From contig CAKPYH010000001.1 of assembly GCA_934202735.1 (NCBI GenBank), positions 75,614 to 139,613 of the forward strand: DNA of 64,000 nt. Reading direction: 5' to 3'. The DNA is from an uncultured Alphaproteobacteria bacterium (lineage in GTDB: Bacteria; Pseudomonadota; Alphaproteobacteria; CAAHEQ01; UBA3637). Positions 31,657 to 39,413 of the stretch are shown here, piece after piece (the stretch's first letter is position 1; the number at the start of each line of letters is the position of its first letter). A model generated the notes under the pieces. That model saw only the letters and a list, made by a program, of their open reading frames with translations. It did no database searches and was not told the DNA's origin. The position numbers and the translations under genes were made by a program.

Positions 31657-32753
31657 GTCGCTTGTTATCGCGGTATATTTTCAAACAGTTTGCATTGATT
31701 TTTTTCGCCACCTTGTTTGTTTTAACGGCCACGGTCATGTTATTTGATGTGATTGAATTACTCCGCAATGCCTCCAAACGTGAAGGCATTGCTTTTTGGG
31801 ACATCATGGTGTTGGCGGTCTTAAAATCGCCTCAGATGATTCATATTATCTTGCCTTTCGTATCTTTGATTGCGGGCCTGTTGTTTTTATTCAAGTTTGA
31901 TCGATCGTCCGAACTGATTGTGATGCGGGCGGTTGGCTTGTCGGCATGGAACTTTATCGGACCGGTTGTTTTGTTCATTACCGCCATCGGAATCTTTGAC
32001 ATCACGCTGTTTAATCCTGTTGCGGCCATGACGGCCCGCCGATACGAACGGATGGAAGAACGTATCGGCCTGACAAACTCTACGCCGTTTACCTGGTCAT
32101 CCGAAGGCTTGTGGTTGCGTGATGTTCGGGATAATGAAGTCTTGGTGATTCGGGCATCGCGGGTCCGTCAAGAAAATCAGAATGTCTTGCTGGATAATGT
32201 GTCGGTGTTTGAATTAGACGATGATAACGTATTCTTGCGCCAAAATGAAGCGGCAATCGGCACCTTGAAAAACGGTATTTTAGCTCTGCACAACGCCTTT
32301 GTGATGGACCCGAAACGCGAAAGCGGTGCCGTTCATCAACAGGTTTTATTTGAAACGGACCTGAGCCTGGAACGCATTTTGGAAAAGTTTGATGAACCGC
32401 AAACGATGTCTTTTTGGCGATTTCCGCGATTTATTCGGTTTTTGAAAGAATCCGGCTTTTCCTCTGCTTTGCATGAAATGTATTGGCATGAACTCCTGGC
32501 TTTTCCCAGCATCCTGATTGCCATGATTCTGATCAGTGCCGTATTCGCCCTGCCCCCGTGCAACCGTCAAGGTCATGCGTTAGTGCGGGTGTTGGCGGCC
32601 TTATTATGCGGCTTTACATTATATTTTATGACGCGTGCCACGAATGTATTGGGACAATCGCAAAGCCTGCCCATGATATTGGCAGCCTGGGGCCCGGCAT
32701 TGGTGGCCATTCCGTTATGCCTGTCGGCCTTGTTGCACCTGGAAGACGGCTAG
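31653..32753 (+). CDS. LptF/LptG-family LPS export permease (second paralogue in window)
   Basis: 366 aa. MSRLLSRYIFKQFALIFFATLFVLTATVMLFDVIELLRNASKREG... YjgP/YjgQ-type with 6 predicted TM segments and a central periplasmic domain. ATGA overlap with the accA stop. Confidence 0.8.
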   Translation: MSRLLSRYIFKQFALIFFATLFVLTATVMLFDVIELLRNASKREGIAFWDIMVLAVLKSPQMIHIILPFVSLIAGLLFLFKFDRSSELIVMRAVGLSAWNFIGPVVLFITAIGIFDITLFNPVAAMTARRYERMEERIGLTNSTPFTWSSEGLWLRDVRDNEVLVIRASRVRQENQNVLLDNVSVFELDDDNVFLRQNEAAIGTLKNGILALHNAFVMDPKRESGAVHQQVLFETDLSLERILEKFDEPQTMSFWRFPRFIRFLKESGFSSALHEMYWHELLAFPSILIAMILISAVFALPPCNRQGHALVRVLAALLCGFTLYFMTRATNVLGQSQSLPMILAAWGPALVAIPLCLSALLHLEDG

Positions 32754-32879
32754 CGTATCGCCCCGGCGCACAGCGCGGAACATACATCGGGAAACAAGAC
32801 GGAGCTTTTCGGGAAAAAGAAAGCCTACCCCATAAAAAAGATTGCTTTTCCTTTCGTTTCGGTGTATGATGCACGCATT

Positions 32880-32954
32880 GACCCTATCATCTAACGGTTA
32901 GGATACGGCCCTCTCAAGGCCGGCATACGGGTTCAAATCCCGTTAGGGTCGCCA
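32880..32954 (+). tRNA. tRNA-Glu (anticodon CUC), 75 nt including CCA
   Basis: Cloverleaf folded by hand. Acceptor GACCCTA/TAGGGTC. D-arm ATCT/GGAT with U13-G22. Anticodon stem CGGCC/GGCCG with loop CTCTCAA, so anticodon CTC. 4-nt variable loop (a Glu identity feature). T-arm ACGGG-TTCAAAT-CCCGT. Discriminator G plus CCA. Confidence 0.75.
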
Positions 32955-33004
32955 AGTATAATTGACTGTATTGATACCTTGCATAAAATTTTTAATAAAT
33001 ATAC

Positions 33005-33559
33005 GCAATATCGCGATCATTTTAGAAGGGAGATTCAAAGTGAATAAAGTACTCAATTTGATTTGTAGGACAGCACTTTTGGTATTTATGATGATTTTTA
33101 ATGCAACGATTTTATGGGGTATATATCACACAGAGAGTGTGTTTGCCCTGTGTTTGGGCATTTTATTTTTTGCCTATTTATATTTTCAATTGTTCAGAAA
33201 AGATAACAGACAGAAAAATTCTTTTTGGGGATTGTTTGCAAATATTCTTTTACCGATTTACCTGGTATTATTTGTATCATATATATTTAATTCGTTATCT
33301 GATAAAAATCTATATCATGATCCCGTTCAAGAGGGGCTAACTATGTTTATGGGCATTTTGATCTGTGTTATCGTAATTCCGGCTTTTTCTGCCATACAAA
33401 GTTTTTTGATGTGTGAGTTTGCTCGCTTGTCATCATCTAATGAAAAAGATATGTGAGTATATCATACCTCTTGCAAAAAACAAAGGAAATTATGTAAAAT
33501 AGACGGTTTTCAATATCGTTGAGTTATAGCCCCCAAATTGCCCACATGACTGCACATAA
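33005..33559 (+). repeat. about 555-bp direct repeat, copy 1 (carries small membrane-protein gene); near-identical to 40806-41359
   Basis: Visually identical apart from a few substitutions (for example GTATAT versus GTGTAT, CCCCCAAATTG versus CCCCTAAATTG). Ends with core GCCCACATGACTGC (33540-33553). Confidence 0.9.
33040..33456 (+). CDS. small polytopic membrane protein (138 aa, about 4 TM), copy 1
   Basis: GTG start 33040 preceded by GGGAGA. VNKVLNLICRTALLVFMMIFNATILWGIYHTESVFALCLGILFFAYLYFQLF... Identical copy at 40840-41256. Confidence 0.55.
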   Translation: MNKVLNLICRTALLVFMMIFNATILWGIYHTESVFALCLGILFFAYLYFQLFRKDNRQKNSFWGLFANILLPIYLVLFVSYIFNSLSDKNLYHDPVQEGLTMFMGILICVIVIPAFSAIQSFLMCEFARLSSSNEKDM

Positions 33560-33580
33560 ATATAAAATAAAACATAAATT

Positions 33581-35860
33581 TTATTGAGTTCCTTTATGTT
33601 TCCAAGTACAATGATGTCCCGTACAGGTTATTATTGAAAATTCGTCTTTTTTTACCGCTTCTATGACATCATCAACAGTAAAAGTAAACTTTTTATCAGA
33701 TTCTTCCATACGCTCACAGTGATTCGGGAAATCAATAGACACCGTTCCGTCTTTTTTACCAAATAACTTTGCGCCACAAGCAATTTTTTTACCATTAAAT
33801 TCTTTGGCTTCTGTTGATGAAATATCCTTTCCTTGACCACCATCTGCACTAACGGCTAAAATAGCTAACCGCGAAGCATCCATTACAACTGAATTTGCAT
33901 AATGTTGAATCATTGCTTTATTGGCTCCTACTTCTGCTACTTTCTGGATTCCAGATAATATCGTTTTCGGATCGTTTAAGGTAGCATTATCACCACCATT
34001 AGCCATTGCAGTAAATAGGATTACTTTTTGCATTAAATCCATTGTAAAGCCTTTAAAACATTGTTCCGCTGATTTCCATTGTGATTCCGGTAATTTTGAT
34101 AAACAAGGCCAAGAATCAGATTTAACTTGTTCCATATCAATAGAGTCATCAATTTTTTTCATGACAGATGAAACTTTTGATGGATCTTCCAATGTATTTT
34201 GAACTATTGGCAAAATCATTTCTTTGAGAATCCCATCTTTTAATTCAGAATAATAGCTTTCTGCAGACGCAGGCAAATCATATTTTTGAATTGGCGTAGA
34301 TACCTTTAATAAATCTTGAACTTCCTGATTTAAATTAAAGATGGCGTATTGAGATGCTGTTTTACCTTTATTATCTTTGAGAGTTTTATCTGCACCATAC
34401 TGCAACAATAATTTTATCATTTTTGTATCTTCGGCGGATGATGCCGCTTTCATCAATGCTGTTACACCTGCTTTATCGACAGCATTCACATCTATTCCTT
34501 TTTTTAATAAATGCTCTAAAACGGTTGGTTGATTACATTGAATCGCAATAGATAATAAATTTTGGCCATACGCATTTTGAGTATTTATATCTGCACCATT
34601 TTTTAATAGTAAATCTATTATATCCAAGCGTTTTTGTATATAAGAGTTATAATCGGGTATTATAGTAAAAATACCGTCTTTTTTGAATTCATTAAAAGTT
34701 TTTTCATCTACTACTTCGGCACTTTTTATTAAAGCCGAATCACCATATTCGTCTTTATAATTAACATCTGCACCTTCTTGAATAAGTTTTTGTATCCCTT
34801 CTAATGTTGTACTTTCATAATCAATCTCTGATAATAATTTCATACTGTTTTTTGATTTTTGAGCTTCTGTATCGGATAAAGCAGTTCCCCCTAGAGCCAC
34901 TATATATTGGTTATAATTTGGATCCTTAATTAAATATTCATTTGTCTGTAATAATTGAAGAGGGGTTTTACCTTTCTCATTTTTGACATTAACATTAACT
35001 TTTTGTTCCAAAAGAAACTTTAAAGCATCGGGTTTTGCTGCTCCGGCGGCAACTATAATGGGATAGTCTTCCTTAACAGGGTGTTTGTAAAAAATACGTT
35101 CTGCTTGAACATTAGGGTCCGCGCCCAATCGCAAAAGATATTTAGCCATTTCCATAGATTTATGATTTTTTATAGCTTGCAAAAAGAGATAATTCAAATT
35201 TTCTTTTCCTATATCTAACCCAGCCTTTTGAAAAATAGATATGACTTCCGGATAAGAGCTATTTCTGACAATATCTTCATAAAAAGAAGCAGAATATTTA
35301 TCTTGTTGATGAATATTGGCGCCATTTGTTATAAGCAATTCTATAATCTCTGGTTTTGCGTCTAATATAATTGCAGATTTTAATGCAGAATCATTTCCAA
35401 ATATAGATGGGATTTCTGTTCTTACATCAGCACCAGATTGGATTAAAAACTCTACTACTCTTGGATCTTTATTACGCAAAGCAGATATTAAAGGGGTTTC
35501 TTTCATATTTTCAGCACCGATAAGTTCATTAACATCGGCTCCAGATTTAACTAAATATTGCACCATCTCTAATGTTCCATCAGCACATACCTGTTGAAAC
35601 ACAGAGGTATATTCTGTTTTAGCGTTTATATCCGCCCCGGCTTTAATTAATTCTGAAAAAATTGCAGTATCTTTTACCAGCATCAACGGGTAAATGCCTG
35701 ATTGTTCATCTGCTTGATTGACATTTGCACCATTCCTAATAAGAGCTTGAATTTCGGATAACGGTTTATTTTCTGCTAAAGCTTTTGTTAGTTCTGTAGC
35801 ATTTGCAGTATTGTAAAATAAACAAGACACTAAAACAGTACTTAATAATAAATTTTTCAT
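33581..35860 (-). CDS. ankyrin-repeat protein with N-terminal signal peptide (759 aa)
   Basis: Start ATG 35860 gives MKNLLLSTVLVSCLFYNTANA|TELTKALAENK.... Multiple ANK-type repeats (...NGANVNQADEQSGIYPLMLVKDTAIFSELIKAGADINAKTE..., ...GADVN..., ...LLKNGADINTQNAYGQNLLSIAIQCNQPTVLEHLLKKGIDVNAVDKAGVTALMKAA...). AT-rich codon usage. Confidence 0.8.
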   Translation of the reverse strand: MKNLLLSTVLVSCLFYNTANATELTKALAENKPLSEIQALIRNGANVNQADEQSGIYPLMLVKDTAIFSELIKAGADINAKTEYTSVFQQVCADGTLEMVQYLVKSGADVNELIGAENMKETPLISALRNKDPRVVEFLIQSGADVRTEIPSIFGNDSALKSAIILDAKPEIIELLITNGANIHQQDKYSASFYEDIVRNSSYPEVISIFQKAGLDIGKENLNYLFLQAIKNHKSMEMAKYLLRLGADPNVQAERIFYKHPVKEDYPIIVAAGAAKPDALKFLLEQKVNVNVKNEKGKTPLQLLQTNEYLIKDPNYNQYIVALGGTALSDTEAQKSKNSMKLLSEIDYESTTLEGIQKLIQEGADVNYKDEYGDSALIKSAEVVDEKTFNEFKKDGIFTIIPDYNSYIQKRLDIIDLLLKNGADINTQNAYGQNLLSIAIQCNQPTVLEHLLKKGIDVNAVDKAGVTALMKAASSAEDTKMIKLLLQYGADKTLKDNKGKTASQYAIFNLNQEVQDLLKVSTPIQKYDLPASAESYYSELKDGILKEMILPIVQNTLEDPSKVSSVMKKIDDSIDMEQVKSDSWPCLSKLPESQWKSAEQCFKGFTMDLMQKVILFTAMANGGDNATLNDPKTILSGIQKVAEVGANKAMIQHYANSVVMDASRLAILAVSADGGQGKDISSTEAKEFNGKKIACGAKLFGKKDGTVSIDFPNHCERMEESDKKFTFTVDDVIEAVKKDEFSIITCTGHHCTWKHKGTQ

Positions 35861-36148
35861 AATAATCCATCCCTTAAAAACATATATTGGCATGTTAGTA
35901 GAATTACATATTAAAGTCAACAAAATAATTTTGCTAATAATTCACATATAGCCCACATGACTGCCCCATCACCTGCCCCCTTTTACAGGCATTGTTTTTG
36001 ATTGACAAGAACTGATTTGTGTACATAAATCCCGGGATAAAAATGCTATTTTTTACAATTTGACAAGCTTTTGAATAAACAATCCTTGTTTTCTTGTTGC
36101 TTTTTGAAAAATATGTATGTATAAAGATCTTGTGAAAGGTGAAATGAG

Positions 36149-36601
36149 ATGAAAAAGAAGTTAAAATTTATTGGATTGGTGTTCTTGGGATGCATGCTAT
36201 CCACAAATGTGTTATCATGGACAACCACAATTAATTCGGTAAAAAATTATGAAAAATTTGTTTATGATGAAGATACAGAAATGTATACAGGGGATATTGA
36301 ACGGGTCTATATGGAGAAAAAAGCCCCCGATGGAAAGATTTATGTTTTATATGATTTGACAGTAGAACAAAAAGAAAATGATGATGGAACCCTGGAATCG
36401 TCTGATTATTCTCTTAAAACAGGAAACGATATTTATCCTCGCCAAATGGATGATTATTTTTTACTGGATTATCATTTCAGGCCTTTAACCCATTTAGGGG
36501 TTAAACTGGGCACACATAAAGGTCAAATTATTTTTGAGATTCCGGTCAATCAAAAAGATTTGCCCAAGACTTTACTTTATAAAAAGCAACCTGTAAAATA
36601 A
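36149..36601 (+). CDS. hypothetical secreted/lipoprotein-like protein (150 aa)
   Basis: MKKKLKFIGLVFLGCMLSTNVLSW... is a signal peptide with an imperfect lipobox. First gene of a 4-gene co-directional cluster. Confidence 0.45.
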   Translation: MKKKLKFIGLVFLGCMLSTNVLSWTTTINSVKNYEKFVYDEDTEMYTGDIERVYMEKKAPDGKIYVLYDLTVEQKENDDGTLESSDYSLKTGNDIYPRQMDDYFLLDYHFRPLTHLGVKLGTHKGQIIFEIPVNQKDLPKTLLYKKQPVK

Positions 36602-36617
36602 CTGATAGAAAAATAAA

Positions 36618-38237
36618 ATGAAATATGGTATTTTTTGCATAAGTTTATTTTTATCAACGCTGGCTCATGCTGATTATATACTTGATCAGGCAAAGATGGA
36701 TGCCGATATCCAAAAAGAATTATCGCAAAAGCAATATACTGTGGAGGATCCTTTGGTGTTGGTCAATCCTTATGGTATTTCTCCATTGAGTGCTCTTATT
36801 TCCTTTTCTACAAAAGAATCAACGCAGGCTTGTATCACAGTAAAAGGAAAAGATAAATATACCACTTTTTCAAAATGTTTTAATGATAGAACAAAAAATC
36901 ACTTGATCCCCGTCTATGGTCTTTATTTTGGGAAAAACGATATCGTATTAACGATAAAAGATAAAGATAAAAATCAAAGTAAAGAATATCCGTTGGAAAT
37001 TGAAACGGAAAAAATGCCTATCAACATGAAAGTGAATATTCAAAAAATAAACGCGGAAAAAATAAAACCGGGACTGACTTTTACAACACCCGGGGTTATC
37101 GTAAATGAGGGAAGCTACGCTTATGCATTTGATGCAAACGGTGATATTCGTTGGATTTTAACCGATCCGATCATGGGAAAAATGTCTCCGTTGCACGTGT
37201 TAAAAGATGGTACTTTAATGATGGGTTCTGAAGAACATGACCCAAAATATACTGTGGCGTATAAATCTCTTTATGAATTGGATTTGATGGGGAAAATTCA
37301 TCATAAAATCCAAGCCGAAGATGACATTCAACATGATATTGTCAAACTGCCTAATGGTAATTATTTGGCTTTGGTTAATGCAACGGGGAAACCCACGATT
37401 GCCGATTGTGTGGTAGAATTAACCCCCGATAATAAAGTCGTTGATCGCTTTGATATAGATAAAATTTTAGGGGTTGAAGATGAAAGAATTACGCCGCTTG
37501 TTGACCACTATCTTTATCATGATAACTATAAACGTGAAAAAATGGATGCCATGCATTTGAATTCTTTAAACTATGATCCTGAAGATGATAGCATTATTAT
37601 GACAGGAAGATTTTTTAACTTTTTATTGAAGATTGATCGTAAAACAAAACAAGTTAAATGGATTTTGGCAAATCCGATAAATACTTGGATAAAGCCACAC
37701 TTGCGGGATAAATTATTAAAACCGACAGATAAAAATTTTGATTATATCTATGGGGCTCACGCGGCAAAACCGCAAGGTCATAATCATTATACTGTTTTAG
37801 ACAACGGTCTTTATCGTGATATATATGACCAAGGTTCCGCACAACCCATTGAGACCTATAATCCTTCACGCAGTTGGTCGCGTGGCGTAGAGTTTGTTGT
37901 TGATGAAAAAAATATGACCGTTTCAGTCGCATGGCAATATAAACGCGGGCCAGAAATTTATACTCACTATGTTGGGGATGTAGATAAATATGAAGCAGGC
38001 CATTATTTAATGAATTTCGGTGCTGTCTTTGATGATAAAGATGAAACACCGGCCAGCGTTGAAACGGCATTAAATCCACAGAAACAACCGGCTCCTTCTT
38101 ATGCTAAAATCATTGAAGTCAAGGATGGAGAAGTTGTTTTTGAAGCACAAACAGCCGGCCTGTTAAATAATACGGTTTATCGTGTAGAACGTTTTGAACC
38201 ATACGTATTAGATACTGAATACAAATTGGGCAAATAA
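36618..38237 (+). CDS. putative periplasmic beta-propeller protein, arylsulfate sulfotransferase (ASST)-like, paralogue 1 (539 aa)
   Basis: Signal peptide MKYGIFCISLFLSTLAHA|DY. Motifs ...DIQHDIVKLPNGNYLAL..., ...AMHLNSLNYDPEDDSIIMTGRFFNFLLKIDRKTKQVKWILANP... and ...GAHAAKPQGHNHYTVLDNG... resemble the His-containing signature blocks of bacterial ASST (PF05935) as I recall them. Not verified by search. Confidence 0.4.
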   Translation: MKYGIFCISLFLSTLAHADYILDQAKMDADIQKELSQKQYTVEDPLVLVNPYGISPLSALISFSTKESTQACITVKGKDKYTTFSKCFNDRTKNHLIPVYGLYFGKNDIVLTIKDKDKNQSKEYPLEIETEKMPINMKVNIQKINAEKIKPGLTFTTPGVIVNEGSYAYAFDANGDIRWILTDPIMGKMSPLHVLKDGTLMMGSEEHDPKYTVAYKSLYELDLMGKIHHKIQAEDDIQHDIVKLPNGNYLALVNATGKPTIADCVVELTPDNKVVDRFDIDKILGVEDERITPLVDHYLYHDNYKREKMDAMHLNSLNYDPEDDSIIMTGRFFNFLLKIDRKTKQVKWILANPINTWIKPHLRDKLLKPTDKNFDYIYGAHAAKPQGHNHYTVLDNGLYRDIYDQGSAQPIETYNPSRSWSRGVEFVVDEKNMTVSVAWQYKRGPEIYTHYVGDVDKYEAGHYLMNFGAVFDDKDETPASVETALNPQKQPAPSYAKIIEVKDGEVVFEAQTAGLLNNTVYRVERFEPYVLDTEYKLGK

Positions 38238-38240
38238 AGG

Positions 38241-39404
38241 ATGAACAAAAAATGTATTATTTTGGTTTTATTATCTTTGTGCGGCATATCCGAGTACGCC
38301 ATTGCCGGGCCCACTTCAGATTTTTATGAATCATGGAAAGAAAAATTACATCATGATTATGGTTTTGATTATCGTATTCGCGCCGGATTTATGGCTCAAC
38401 GTGGTTCCCCAAGTGGCCATAAAACAGTCTTGCGCGATAAATATGAAATTGAAGCGAATTGGGAGGCTTTTGCTTCGGATAGTTTTGGACAAGGTTCTAT
38501 TCAATTTTTATACGAAGATATCAATTATCCCGGGATTGAAGGTTCTCTGATGGCTTCCAGATTAGGTGTTGCAACCCCCATAAATGATGATGCGTTGCAA
38601 CGGGAGTATTTCAAACGTTTGACATATACACATCAACTTCCCGGTTCATTAGATAATATCAGTTTATCGGTTGGACAATTCCTTATCGGAAATTTTGGAA
38701 AGACACGTTATAAATCAAAACCTCTTAATCATTTTAATAATTTTTCTTTGCAAAAAAACATGTCTAAAGCGTATCCGACAGGGGGCGTTGGGGGATATAT
38801 GACTTATAAGCCAACGCCTGATTTAACACTCATTACCGGACTTCAAAGTACAACGAATTATTTTCCGCAAAACATCAGTGTAAAACATCTTGATGCGAAT
38901 AAATGGACGAACTTTTTTTATATCTCATATTCACCCAAATTAACCGATTTAGGAAAAACAATCTTGACAGGATGGATTTATCACAGTCCAGCGATAAAAA
39001 AATATGAGGGACAATTTAATAAAGCATTTCAAAAATCTGCCGATGGATGGGTCATAACTATCAGGCAAGATATTGGTAAATGGACGGGGCTTATTAAAGT
39101 CAATGGGTCAACAGGTAATCGTATGGCCATTCGGCAAAGTTATTCGGCAGAATTAATGTATAACAATCCTTTAAATAGAAATGAATTAGATCAAATAGGA
39201 ATTGGTTTTGCCTCTAATAGGGTCAGTCATTTAAATAAAAAAGCAGTCCGATCTTGGGAAAATGTATTGGAAGGATATTGGTCCTGGGGGATTTCCAAGT
39301 ATTTGACGATTACACCAGACATTCAATTATACATCAATCCGGCCTTAACAAAGGATAGAAATACTGTTGTCGTAAATAGTATTCAAGCAAAATTTTATTT
39401 CTAA
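38241..39404 (+). CDS. putative outer-membrane beta-barrel protein/porin (387 aa)
   Basis: Signal peptide MNKKCIILVLLSLCGISEYAIA|GP. Alternating amphipathic segments. C-terminal ...NSIQAKFYF ends in Phe (OMP beta-barrel signature). Confidence 0.5.
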   Translation: MNKKCIILVLLSLCGISEYAIAGPTSDFYESWKEKLHHDYGFDYRIRAGFMAQRGSPSGHKTVLRDKYEIEANWEAFASDSFGQGSIQFLYEDINYPGIEGSLMASRLGVATPINDDALQREYFKRLTYTHQLPGSLDNISLSVGQFLIGNFGKTRYKSKPLNHFNNFSLQKNMSKAYPTGGVGGYMTYKPTPDLTLITGLQSTTNYFPQNISVKHLDANKWTNFFYISYSPKLTDLGKTILTGWIYHSPAIKKYEGQFNKAFQKSADGWVITIRQDIGKWTGLIKVNGSTGNRMAIRQSYSAELMYNNPLNRNELDQIGIGFASNRVSHLNKKAVRSWENVLEGYWSWGISKYLTITPDIQLYINPALTKDRNTVVVNSIQAKFYF

Positions 39405-39413
39405 AATATAAAA

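Noticed and set aside
32962-33039. Upstream ATG (32962) as start of the 138-aa membrane protein (164-aa version in ORF track; likewise 40774 for copy 2)
   Set aside because: The extension has no RBS and, in copy 2, would overlap the preceding gene in frame. The GTG at 33040/40840 is preceded by GGGAGA at ideal spacing.
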